DNA from: an uncultured virus (IMG/VR IMGVR_UViG_3300042542_005136)
Taxonomy: Duplodnaviria > Heunggongvirae > Uroviricota > Caudoviricetes
Length of the DNA: 20,000 nt
Reading direction: 5' to 3' (one strand)
Virus record (IMG/VR): IMGVR_UViG_3300042542_005136
Part shown: in pieces, positions 1 through 8,038 of the stretch
How the letters are laid out: every line of letters starts with the position of its first letter
Numbering within the stretch: the stretch's first letter is position 1
Translations under genes and position numbers: made by a program
The notes under the pieces: model-generated
What the model saw: the letters and a program-made list of their open reading frames with translations, nothing else
Databases searched by the model: none
What the model was told of the DNA's origin: nothing

Positions 1-303
1 GTCGGGAGCTTTGTCAAGGTGGTGCTCAATATCTTCCCCATCGAAATGATCTTCCAGCACACCGTGCATCCAGGTGCCACGATTGGCTGCAAGGCGAGTG
101 CGGCGATTGGCTTCATCAGCTCCCACACGCTTGCGCCAGTTAATCAGGGCCATCACCTTTGCCACAGGAGCCATGGCCGAAAGGAAGGTAGTGACGGAAG
201 GCAGGACGATACCCTCCGGCACATTGGGAAACCCTTCGTTGATGTAGTGGCGTTTGCCGTTGAGGCTGATGCGCTTCGGCTCAAACTGCTCAAACGAAGG
301 CAC
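1..303 (-). CDS. PD-(D/E)XK (Cas4/MGME1-like) phage exonuclease, N-terminal part; runs off the window start
   Basis: Not in the ORF track. Manual translation from GTG 303 (TTG 315 possible): MPSFEQFEPKRISLNGKRHY...LPSVTTFLS...NWRKRVGADEANRRTRLAANRGTWMHGVLE. PSVTT / WRKRVG / RGTxxH is the typical N-terminus of this family; it lies downstream of an annealing protein. Confidence 0.85.
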   Translation of the reverse strand, partial: MPSFEQFEPKRISLNGKRHYINEGFPNVPEGIVLPSVTTFLSAMAPVAKVMALINWRKRVGADEANRRTRLAANRGTWMHGVLEDHFDGEDIEHHLDKAPD

Positions 304-343
304 GGTGGCTGCCAAACAAAGGTCTAGACAAGCCACTGTACCG

Positions 344-475
344 TCAACGACTAGGAATGCAATAGCCGCCAGAGCTGTAGTAGCCAAGCGGGCAGGAGCC
401 GTTTTTGATGATGGGCTGGTTGCAAGCTGCAGCAGTGATGGGCAAAAAGCAGAAGAAAATGAGAACGATTTTCAT
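344..475 (-). CDS. Small secreted Cys-rich protein (43 aa)
   Basis: MKIVLIFFCFLPITAAACNQPIIKNGSCPLGYYSSGGYCIPSR: signal peptide then GSCPxGYYSSGxYC; ATGA overlap with the upstream gene. Confidence 0.7.
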   Translation of the reverse strand: MKIVLIFFCFLPITAAACNQPIIKNGSCPLGYYSSGGYCIPSR

Positions 476-726
476 GGTCGGGGAAACGAAAGACTTACTT
501 TGGGGTGGTCAATGATCGCGCCAGTGTCACGGTCCCAAGTGGTGCCGCAGTCTGGGCATTGATAGGCATAGCCTTTGTCCGTCTCCCATGACGACAGGAG
601 AATCACGCGGCTGAACCATTTGGAGCCGCCAAATAAATGACGGCTTTCTTCTGGAATCGGCTGGTCGTGCCAGAGACTGCCGCATTCAGGGCAATGTTGC
701 AGCTCATCAAACCGCATAATGTTCAT
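472..726 (-). CDS. Zn-ribbon protein
   Basis: CPECG...CPDCG pairs; start ATG 726 or 717. Confidence 0.75.
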   Translation of the reverse strand: MNIMRFDELQHCPECGSLWHDQPIPEESRHLFGGSKWFSRVILLSSWETDKGYAYQCPDCGTTWDRDTGAIIDHPKVSLSFPRP

Positions 727-798
727 CGAGAGGGTTGCCATTTTCGTCGCAGGCAATCAGGCCCGCAAAGCTTCTTGCGAGCCTGGCTGCTGCTCTAT

Positions 799-1767
799 CT
801 ACTTTTTTCCCTCCACATATGCCTTGACCCATTCAATGGCAGCATCAGCTCCATCAAGACAAGCGGCACGCAGGCAATCAATTTCTTTTGCCATTGCCAC
901 CTTTGTAATCTTGATGCCTTCTTCCTTTGTCCATGAAGTGACCATGGTGCTGATGACATTGGCAAACATTTCAGCATCCTGAATGTCTTCGCCTTTTGCC
1001 AAGCCAAGGGCCTGCAGCGCATTCTTGCCCAGCATCAGGCTTGCACGCTCATCAGCTTTGCCGAGAGGATTAGCTTTGCAGAAGCTAAGAAGCGCTCCTT
1101 TGCCATCGAACTCACTGGCTCCATTAGAGGCAGAAGTCCCATCGCCTCCAGATGCTGCAGCAGGCTCTGCAGCCTTTTGTTCCTTCGCGACAGTCCGCGC
1201 TTCAGGCTTCGGGCTTTCCTGTTGGAGCGGGAGCCTGGACGTTGTTTCTTCATCGGCTTTAGGAATGTCTTCACCTGCATAAAGCTTGAGGCCAAGGCCG
1301 GTGAAGGTGGCAATGCACTTAACACTGGCACGTTGGATGTTGTCGCTCACTTGACGAGCATCCAGCTCCTTCACTGCGTTGTGCTTGTTGTCCATCACGG
1401 GGAACACCAGCGCAGGAGTGCGTCTAATGCCGTCCGTCAAATAAGGACGCAGCAGCCAGCAGCCATCTCGGCCAAATACTGGCCAGCCAGCTTCCTTTTC
1501 TTCAAAGGCAACGAACACGCCAGGAAATTGTTCGTTGAGGTAGCGGAAGGCAAAAGGCCAAGACAGGTAGGACAGCCCTTTGTAGTTCTTCTCAACGTGA
1601 TCGCCAATGGGAAGCTCATAAGCTTTCTTAAAGGCTTCAGGAGAAATGTCAAGGGGCGAAAAATGGCCAAGCATGCGCTCAGTGAGCAAGGCTTCGTTCA
1701 CGGCAGTCACGGGAAGAGTCATGGAAGCAAAACTAGCAGGGTCGTAGGAGAGGAAGGAGTGGTTCAT
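799..1767 (-). CDS. Sak3/DUF1071-like single-strand annealing (recombination) protein
   Basis: HVEK..KGLSYLSWPFA, PVMDNKHNAV, IQRASVKCIA..GLGLKLYAGEDIP motifs; Ala/Gly-rich linker then helical C-terminal domain. Confidence 0.85.
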   Translation of the reverse strand: MNHSFLSYDPASFASMTLPVTAVNEALLTERMLGHFSPLDISPEAFKKAYELPIGDHVEKNYKGLSYLSWPFAFRYLNEQFPGVFVAFEEKEAGWPVFGRDGCWLLRPYLTDGIRRTPALVFPVMDNKHNAVKELDARQVSDNIQRASVKCIATFTGLGLKLYAGEDIPKADEETTSRLPLQQESPKPEARTVAKEQKAAEPAAASGGDGTSASNGASEFDGKGALLSFCKANPLGKADERASLMLGKNALQALGLAKGEDIQDAEMFANVISTMVTSWTKEEGIKITKVAMAKEIDCLRAACLDGADAAIEWVKAYVEGKK

Positions 1768-2027
1768 TTAACAATGGACGAGTCGAGCTTGTAATGATTG
1801 TCATAGAAAATGACAAGCTTCTTGGGCTTTTCGCCTTCGTAAGTGGTCAGGCTTGTACCAGGAAGAGGCCAATCTTCTACAATTCGCACATCGCTAATGC
1901 CTTCAGTGGAAGCCTCTTCATAACCCTCATCAATAGCCGTTTCTTCAAAGCAGAGAAGAATGGGCATGTCGGGGCCATGCTGGGCTTCAGCCTTGGCAAG
2001 GATTTCGCGCAGTTCGGAAACATTCAT
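1764..2027 (-). CDS. Hypothetical phage protein
   Basis: 87 aa, 4-nt overlaps on both sides; VSELREIL..HGPDMPI N-terminus. Confidence 0.75.
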   Translation of the reverse strand: MNVSELREILAKAEAQHGPDMPILLCFEETAIDEGYEEASTEGISDVRIVEDWPLPGTSLTTYEGEKPKKLVIFYDNHYKLDSSIVK

Positions 2028-2290
2028 TTGTCGTTACAAAAGATGGTAAGGAATTTGTCGTCGAGAGTGGAAGAGCGATCGCTTGAGAGATCGATGCCAG
2101 GTAAGTTCTCCGCTGATGAACCTGCGTAAGAACTCATCACTCGCAAAGACACGCTCATGAGGTCTTCAGCTCTGCCCAGTTCGTAGCAGTATTCAGCAGA
2201 ATACGCCCCAACAGGCATGTCGCCAAATTCTGCAACGCATTGCTCCAGCAGGAGAATCATCTCCGAAACAAAGAGAGTTTTAGTTTCCAT
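2024..2290 (-). CDS. Hypothetical phage protein, similar to 1764-2027
   Basis: Start ATG 2290; VSEMILLL..FGDMPV N-terminus. Confidence 0.7.
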   Translation of the reverse strand: METKTLFVSEMILLLEQCVAEFGDMPVGAYSAEYCYELGRAEDLMSVSLRVMSSYAGSSAENLPGIDLSSDRSSTLDDKFLTIFCNDK

Positions 2291-2504
2291 GGTCTCCGGG
2301 AATGGAATGGTCGATGATGCTGGGCCACACTTCGTCTTTAAGGATGTCCGCCTCGTAAAAGCTGAAGCCCCGAAGAATCCGCTCCACGGCCTCGGACTTG
2401 CTAAGTTGGGCGGCGCTTGAAATGGCCGAAAGGTGGGCATAGGCTTGGTCAGAGAGGGTAAGGTGGCGGCGACGCTTGCCGCCTTCATAAAGGCTGGTGG
2501 GCAT
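2280..2504 (-). CDS. Ribbon-helix-helix (CopG-like) DNA-binding protein
   Basis: KRRRHLTLSDQAYAHLSAISSAAQLSKSEAVERILR fits the strand-helix-helix pattern; first gene of the operon, ATG 2504. Confidence 0.7.
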   Translation of the reverse strand: MPTSLYEGGKRRRHLTLSDQAYAHLSAISSAAQLSKSEAVERILRGFSFYEADILKDEVWPSIIDHSIPGDHGN

Positions 2505-2643
2505 GGTTTTGTCGAGGGCTTCCCGAGCATAGGCCCACAAAGCCCTCCTGCAAGCCCTTTCAGTCATTAGCTTTTCTTATGGCCCACAAGCCTTGCGGCA
2601 GCAGGCTCGCGGTGGCATGATGGTCTGATTCCTCCCATGCTGC
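2505..2643. promoter_or_regulatory. Divergent promoter region between the recombination operon and the primase-helicase
   Basis: Plus strand TTGCGG-N17-CATGAT; minus strand TTGCAG-N16-TATGCT; GGCCCACAA repeated at 2532 and 2581. Confidence 0.5.
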
Positions 2644-4626
2644 ATGGCCTTTAACATCCTCGACTTCCTCGAGCAACTCGAGCCCAGCAACGAGAAGGGC
2701 AAGTTCGTCTGCCCCGCATGCGGCGGCAACGACTTCACGGTGAACAAGACCACAGGCGGTTACAACTGCTGGCACGACCCCAGCTCCGCTCATAGGGCCG
2801 ACATCCGCAATGTGCTGGCTCCAATGGTGCGATGGGAAAAGCCCTGCAGGGAGACTGGCTCGCATCACTTCCCCTACTACAACAAACAGCGCGAAGAAAT
2901 CGTGCGGGTGCATCGAGACGATTCGAGCGGCTCAAAACGCATCTGGCAAGAATTTCCCACCATCCCATCGGACGCCACCAACCAGAAGGCGCTCCTGCAA
3001 GAGATGAAAGCCGGCATTTTGCCGTACAAATATTCGGAAGCCGTTGACGAGAGCCAGAAGACTGGCCTGCCCATCGTTGTCGTTGAAGGTGAACTCACCT
3101 GCGAAGCCTGCTGGGCTATTGGCCTGCCTGCTGTCACCTTCCTTGGCGGATCAAAGCAATATCGCACCAACGGCGACTACAGCCAGCTTTTCAAGGGACA
3201 GAAGATTGTCCTGGCTCCCGACAGGGATGAACAAGGCGTGGCCTTCATGGCAGAAATCGCCAATGACAATCCTGGAGCATCATGGCTGTATGCCGATCCG
3301 CGTTCGTGGGAATGGGACAATCTCCCGCCCGGAAATGGCTATGACTTAGCTGATTACATTGAAGAAGGCGCCACGAAAGATGAACTGCTTTCTTCCATTG
3401 TCACCAAGAGCCGCCACAAGAATCAAGACGGCAAGCCTTCTTACGAGGAGATTATCTCCACGGTAGAGAATTTCGTTGGCCTTTATGCCAATGATGCTCG
3501 CATTGCTTACGAAACCAGCTCATGGTTGGAGCAGCGTGCAGTGAAGATGAATCAGCAAAACATTGACAAGATCATTGAAGAAGCAAAAGGACGCATATAT
3601 GGCAGGGAAGAAATTGAAACCATTGATGCTCTGACCATTGCCAACTCCGACAAAGCTCGCGACTGGCTGATTGCTGGCATCATGCCGCTTGGCACTGTGA
3701 TGCTACTAGCAGCTTCTGGCGGCACCGGCAAGAGTACTGTTGCCTACAACTGGGCGCTGCACATTGCCCTTGGCACGCCATGGTCTGGACGGCGCTGCAT
3801 GAAAGGCAAGAGCCTTATCATTCAAAGCGACGAGCCTTTGGTGGATACCAGCGAAAAGCTTGGTGTGATCGGCTATGAAGATGCTGGCTTGGATCCTGGC
3901 ACCATTGCATTCTGGGAAACTTGGCGCTTTGCTCACATGCGACAGTTGGAAGATTACGTTCGTAAGCATCGCCCATTGTTTATTACCATTGACTCCCTCA
4001 CCGCGTGCCTTGCGGGCATGGACGTGGATCTAATTAAAAGTAATGCTGGCGATGTTATTTATGGTCTGCGTGATATTGCCAACACTTACAAATGTTCCAT
4101 TCTCATTCTTCACCATTTGAACAAAAGCGGAGGACTTCGTGACTCAACAAGCTTTGTCGATAATGTTAGCGAAGTGGTGAAACTTACCAAGCCTGAAAAT
4201 AATTTTGACGGCAGTCAGTTTCATCTTGAATGGCTTAAGAGCAGGAGTGGTCTCACTGGCAAGCATATGCTTCGCCGCGATGCATTGAACTATGGCTGGG
4301 AATATGCTGGCCCTCTTGGCGGAAGCTTGGAAGAGCTGGATCGCGTGGTGAACACCATCAACATGCGTAAGCACGAACGCTTCACCAAACAACAAGCGGC
4401 AGCAATGGCTGGAGCATTTGACATTGCTGGCACGAGCAAAATGCTGGAAGTGGCCAGAAGGCAAGGCTTGATCACCAGCAGCTTTGAGAATGGTCCCAAT
4501 GGAGAAAAACAGAGAGTGTATCATTCTTGGGAATACCAAGAGCCCGACCTTGATTTCGAGAGCAATCACTCTCCCGCTGCTCCCGCAAAAGAAAGCGACA
4601 GCTCCCTTGATGACGAATTCTTTTAA
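2644..4626 (+). CDS. DNA primase-helicase (Zn finger + TOPRIM + AAA_25/RepA-like helicase)
   Basis: CPACGG..C.H Zn finger; VVVEGE and PDRDEQG TOPRIM motifs; Walker A ASGGTGKST; Walker B FITIDSL; LHHLNK motif; acidic C-tail. Confidence 0.9.
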   Translation: MAFNILDFLEQLEPSNEKGKFVCPACGGNDFTVNKTTGGYNCWHDPSSAHRADIRNVLAPMVRWEKPCRETGSHHFPYYNKQREEIVRVHRDDSSGSKRIWQEFPTIPSDATNQKALLQEMKAGILPYKYSEAVDESQKTGLPIVVVEGELTCEACWAIGLPAVTFLGGSKQYRTNGDYSQLFKGQKIVLAPDRDEQGVAFMAEIANDNPGASWLYADPRSWEWDNLPPGNGYDLADYIEEGATKDELLSSIVTKSRHKNQDGKPSYEEIISTVENFVGLYANDARIAYETSSWLEQRAVKMNQQNIDKIIEEAKGRIYGREEIETIDALTIANSDKARDWLIAGIMPLGTVMLLAASGGTGKSTVAYNWALHIALGTPWSGRRCMKGKSLIIQSDEPLVDTSEKLGVIGYEDAGLDPGTIAFWETWRFAHMRQLEDYVRKHRPLFITIDSLTACLAGMDVDLIKSNAGDVIYGLRDIANTYKCSILILHHLNKSGGLRDSTSFVDNVSEVVKLTKPENNFDGSQFHLEWLKSRSGLTGKHMLRRDALNYGWEYAGPLGGSLEELDRVVNTINMRKHERFTKQQAAAMAGAFDIAGTSKMLEVARRQGLITSSFENGPNGEKQRVYHSWEYQEPDLDFESNHSPAAPAKESDSSLDDEFF

Positions 4627-4674
4627 GGAGGTTATGACTGGCTTATAATTATGGCTAGTGCATAATTGTCGATA

Positions 4675-4857
4675 ATGAAGATCATCTGGGCCGATCACGA
4701 TCCTTCTTGGGGAGTCTCTAATCCTTTATGGGACGAGCCTTCTCGGGAAGAAGCAGAGGCTGAAGCATTAAAGGCCAAAGAATCTTCTCCGTCGGGAATT
4801 ACGAAAGAAGCTGCCCAAGAAAAAAGCTCCTGGAAGGAGCAAAAAGGGTTCGGTTGA
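4675..4857 (+). CDS. Hypothetical protein
   Basis: 60-aa ORF ending KGFG; TATAAT at 4644-4649 upstream. Confidence 0.55.
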   Translation: MKIIWADHDPSWGVSNPLWDEPSREEAEAEALKAKESSPSGITKEAAQEKSSWKEQKGFG

Positions 4858-4956
4858 TTGCATGTTGCTTACGGGTAGCAATAGCCTGTGTGGCCAAAAA
4901 AAGCCTGATAGAGGCAGAACGCTAGAAATAGCACAGATGCCACCTTTTTGGTGATG

Positions 4957-5238
4957 TCAACAAAATGGTTTTTCACAAGTATGTTGGTTACTGGGTTTCA
5001 AGCTCGACGGCTTGGGGCGGCGGGCGGCGCGGAGAGCTGGATACTTTCGCTCACTCATTACTTTGCTAGCTAACCACTCTAAGCACGCCTCCAATTCTTG
5101 GTCTGCACCAGCTTGGAAACCATTCCTCCAGGCACAGTCCAGCACATAATCAACGTTTTCTCGTTCGTTGAGAATGTCGTCCTCCCACTGCTTAAATTCC
5201 TCTTGCGGCGGGCTAATCGGGTGTTGCTGGTCAGTCAC
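4957..5238 (-). CDS. MTDQQHP-family hypothetical protein, possibly C-terminally truncated
   Basis: QHPISPP...GADQELEAC.EWL...LRAARRPKPSSLK; paralog of 5900-6244. Confidence 0.75.
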   Translation of the reverse strand: MTDQQHPISPPQEEFKQWEDDILNERENVDYVLDCAWRNGFQAGADQELEACLEWLASKVMSERKYPALRAARRPKPSSLKPSNQHTCEKPFC

Positions 5239-5419
5239 TGGTTTGGTTCAGATAGTCGGTTTGTGAAATTGTTGGCAATGGATCACCAAGTGCTTCAAGG
5301 GCGCAGATCATGCACCAGTGCCCTTCGTGGCCTTTGATGTTGCTTGCGATGGTATGCGGGTGTGTTCCATGCTTGGGGCAGATCACGCCAAAGCCGGCCC
5401 ATGTGTAGAAATCAGTCAT
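5231..5419 (-). CDS. Small Cys/His metal-binding protein
   Basis: CPKHG...HWCMIC; overlaps both neighbours. Confidence 0.7.
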   Translation of the reverse strand: MTDFYTWAGFGVICPKHGTHPHTIASNIKGHEGHWCMICALEALGDPLPTISQTDYLNQTSD

Positions 5420-5907
5420 TGATTTCCCCAGCGACCGAGAACGGCGCGAGCGTATTCCAGTGCAACGGTGTTAAGCACAACGCGAAAGAGACCCGGCTCG
5501 ACTTGGCCGCCAGTGGCTGTGGAGTACACACTGGAAACAGCCGCAAACTCATCCCGCATGGTTTCGGGCATCAGTTCCAGCAGTTCCTCATCTGTTGGCA
5601 TCTGCGGCTCGGGCTGGTCGAGATAGGCACGAGCTTCGGCCAGCAAATCAAGTTCATCCTTTTCGTACCAGCACTCCCATTTCATGAGCATTTCTAGCGC
5701 ATCAATGAATCGCCGGATCAAATCTCTGGGCTTGGCATCACATCGGTTTGTTGCGGTGTTCTGCTTGAGAAACTCCACCATCAAGCGGTGAGCTTCACCA
5801 GCATCGGCAATAAACTGGCCCCGATAGTGAAAGCCTTCTTTGTCGAGGCGGATGATCTCTTCGGTGGGCGTGTTGAGTGTGATGTTGCTGATTGGTTGGT
5901 CAGTCAT
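5416..5907 (-). CDS. Hypothetical protein, apparently two modules
   Basis: ATG 5907; IIRLDKEGFHYRGQ module then ARAYLDQPEP..PTDEEL...ARAVLGRWG module. Confidence 0.75.
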   Translation of the reverse strand: MTDQPISNITLNTPTEEIIRLDKEGFHYRGQFIADAGEAHRLMVEFLKQNTATNRCDAKPRDLIRRFIDALEMLMKWECWYEKDELDLLAEARAYLDQPEPQMPTDEELLELMPETMRDEFAAVSSVYSTATGGQVEPGLFRVVLNTVALEYARAVLGRWGNQ

Positions 5908-6244
5908 CGAGTTGCTCCAGGGCGCGGCGGATGGTGTTGTAAGTGTTCTGTTTGTCGCCGTGATCTGGATTGCCATAGACGTAAGCATCCAAGGCGGCGT
6001 AAGCCTGTTCTTTCAAGCTCGGTGGCTTGGGGCGGCGGTAATTATAAAACTCAATTACATCTTCTTCTTCCCACGCAGCGCACTGCTTAAGGTAATTTCC
6101 ACAAGCTAGTAACTCTTTATCGGCGCCCCACTGGGTAGCTTCAATCAGTAGTTCATTGATTCCTTTGTTGTAATCATCATGCTGCTCAAACCAAAGCTGC
6201 AATAATTCTGACGGTGGGATGATTGGATGTTGTTGGTCAGTCAT
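5900..6244 (-). CDS. MTDQQHP-family hypothetical protein
   Basis: QHPIIPP..WGADKELLAC...RRPKPPSLKEQA...TIRRALEQL. Confidence 0.8.
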   Translation of the reverse strand: MTDQQHPIIPPSELLQLWFEQHDDYNKGINELLIEATQWGADKELLACGNYLKQCAAWEEEDVIEFYNYRRPKPPSLKEQAYAALDAYVYGNPDHGDKQNTYNTIRRALEQLDD

Positions 6245-6495
6245 TAGTCCTTTCCATTTGTGGATTTGGGGAGGTTGTCAAAACCATTAGGATTAATTGG
6301 ATCAGGTAGGCCATCTTGGGGAAAGTTAAAAAACTTTTCTATCCTGTAAGCTTCATAGTCAAAACATTCAGCAACTGCAAACGAATCTAGTTCATACTTG
6401 AAAGCTAATTCGTGCAGGTCAAATGTTGTTGTGTCGCGCATTTTGTCAAGCATAAATGTGCGAACAATTTGTTTTCCTTGACTTGATAAGGACAT
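6244..6495 (-). CDS. Hypothetical protein (AT-rich)
   Basis: 83-aa ORF, TAATG coupling to the next gene. Confidence 0.7.
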   Translation of the reverse strand: MSLSSQGKQIVRTFMLDKMRDTTTFDLHELAFKYELDSFAVAECFDYEAYRIEKFFNFPQDGLPDPINPNGFDNLPKSTNGKD

Positions 6496-6507
6496 TGGTC
6501 GCTTTCT

Positions 6508-6579
6508 CTAAGTAGTGGCGATGATGTAGGTGATGCAGATGAAAAAAACAATAATGACCAAGGCTTCCCACGGTCCCAT
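6508..6579 (-). CDS. 23-aa single-TM peptide
   Basis: MGPWEALVIIVFFICITYIIATT; start overlaps the upstream stop (GTGATG). Confidence 0.5.
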   Translation of the reverse strand: MGPWEALVIIVFFICITYIIATT

Positions 6580-6713
6580 CACTTGCCCTCCTTCCACTTG
6601 GCAGCATCACGCTCAGCTTGGCAGTTCTTGTCTTTGCCGTAGAGCCATGCAGCAGTGCTCTGGCCGGGTTTTGGGCCGTTACGAGGAAGCTTGGTCAAAC
6701 GAGGTTCAGGCAT
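6579..6713 (-). CDS. Small basic hypothetical protein
   Basis: MPEPRLTKLPRNGPKPGQSTAAWLYGK...; first gene of the leftward block. Confidence 0.55.
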   Translation of the reverse strand: MPEPRLTKLPRNGPKPGQSTAAWLYGKDKNCQAERDAAKWKEGK

Positions 6714-7031
6714 GGTTGATTGAGAGGCTCGCTCATTGTACACCTGTGTCAACCTTCTCTCGATCACTGTGCCAATTAAATGACTGTCACAAGCCTGCTT
6801 GACTTAAGTATTACAATCCTCCCGTGACTGCTCTCCGGCATCTACGCGCCTGGGGACACCAGCCCGTTTCAGTCCCTGCGGCGCTTCTGACCAAAAGAAT
6901 CGATGGGAAGGGAAATTTAGTTGGATTCTTAATAACCGCCTGTTATTGAGAATGCAAGTATCCTTCGCAAGCGCCATCGCGCAGGAGGCCCCCAGGCCGA
7001 CCTTGTTCATGGCGCTTTAATTTCCTTTCCA

Positions 7032-7059
7032 TTGACTTCTTCTGAAAAATGACTATTGT
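7032..7059 (+). promoter_or_regulatory. Sigma70-type promoter
   Basis: TTGACT-N16-TATTGT, followed by a GC-rich leader stem AGGCCGCT...AGCGGCCT (7065-7109). Confidence 0.5.
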
Positions 7060-7129
7060 GGGAAGGCCGCTCGCGCAGGCGAGCCCCAGCGAGCTTGTTC
7101 AAGCGGCCTGTAGTTAATCTTCTTGATCA

Positions 7130-7372
7130 ATGCCCACAGCTCCTCTCGCTCCAGACAGACTCCCTCTGCTCGAGCACAACGGAACAACGATCGAGGTGTA
7201 CCAGCACCATGGTTATTCCAGGCCCGACAGAGGTCCCCTGCCTCCCAGCAGAATCCTTTACGCTGCTCGTGATCAAAATAACGAGCGCCATTGGAGAGGA
7301 AGCCTTGATGAAATCGAAAGCCTGATTGACCGAGGCTTTGTCGTGGCAACGATTAGCGGAGGCAGTCTGTGA
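7130..7372 (+). CDS. Hypothetical protein
   Basis: 80 aa, coupled to the next ORF. Confidence 0.7.
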   Translation: MPTAPLAPDRLPLLEHNGTTIEVYQHHGYSRPDRGPLPPSRILYAARDQNNERHWRGSLDEIESLIDRGFVVATISGGSL

Positions 7373-7689
7373 TGGACAATGAAGAGCTAATTAGCCTCCT
7401 AAAAGAAATGGAAGCTATCAAAGCAAATCAACGCGCATTGTCCGAAAAGGAACAGCAATGCCGCGAAGATATTTTTGCTCTCATGCAAGACCTTGGTATT
7501 GATCAAGAGAAAAGCAACTATGGCAACATTCGCCTGCAGCGCAGAGCAGAAAAAGACTATGGCGAAGCCATTAAAATGCTAGAGCGCCAATTGAAAGAAG
7601 CCAAAAAACTGGCTGATGACATGGGCGACTATCAAATTAAAGGCTACAAAGAAAGCCTTGTTTACACTCCTCCAGTTGAGCTGTTTTGA
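7369..7689 (+). CDS. Coiled-coil hypothetical protein
   Basis: 106 aa, charged helical sequence. Confidence 0.8.
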   Translation: MMDNEELISLLKEMEAIKANQRALSEKEQQCREDIFALMQDLGIDQEKSNYGNIRLQRRAEKDYGEAIKMLERQLKEAKKLADDMGDYQIKGYKESLVYTPPVELF

Positions 7690-7847
7690 CCGCACCATTA
7701 ACCAAAGCGGAAGTCACTGCTCTTATTGATCAAAAGATAAGAGAGCATGAAATTCGCATTGGCGTAATTAGCGGCCTTGCGGGAGTCTTGTTTATCGCAG
7801 GACTCTCTTATTTCCTTTCCATTGTTTACCTTGCTACCATCAGATGA
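7686..7847 (+). CDS. Small membrane protein (53 aa)
   Basis: TTG start overlapping the previous stop; EVTALIDQKIREHEIRIGVISG then a hydrophobic helix. Confidence 0.65.
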   Translation: MTAPLTKAEVTALIDQKIREHEIRIGVISGLAGVLFIAGLSYFLSIVYLATIR

Positions 7848-8020
7848 GCGCCCCATTTATTCCTTTACCATTGCTCTCTGACAGGGAGTGGAAAGAGCTA
7901 AATGTATTGCGCAAAGCCATTAGCGACAGCCCTTCAGCAGTGGTGCCAGAGCAGCAAGAGCGTTTTGCTGCATTGTTTGCTAGAAGCTTGCTTGGTAAAG
8001 GCGACAAGCCCTTAAAATGA
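7844..8020 (+). CDS. Hypothetical protein (58 aa)
   Basis: ATGA overlap; MSAPFIPLPLLSDREWKELNVLRKAISDSPSAVVPEQQERFAALFARSLLGKGDKPLK. Confidence 0.65.
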   Translation: MSAPFIPLPLLSDREWKELNVLRKAISDSPSAVVPEQQERFAALFARSLLGKGDKPLK

Positions 8021-8038
8021 TTTTACTGCCCATTGACC

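Noticed and set aside
1177..1794. Long antisense ORFs (also 4144-4698, 8789-9238, 13880-14269)
   Set aside because: Shadows of better-supported genes on the opposite strand; no motifs.
2075..2082. HIP1 octamer GCGATCGC
   Set aside because: Only one copy noticed; not enriched.
6800..7030. Possible 41-aa ORF or ncRNA between the divergent gene blocks
   Set aside because: No RBS, motif or convincing nested structure; TTGACT and TACAAT are too close for a promoter.
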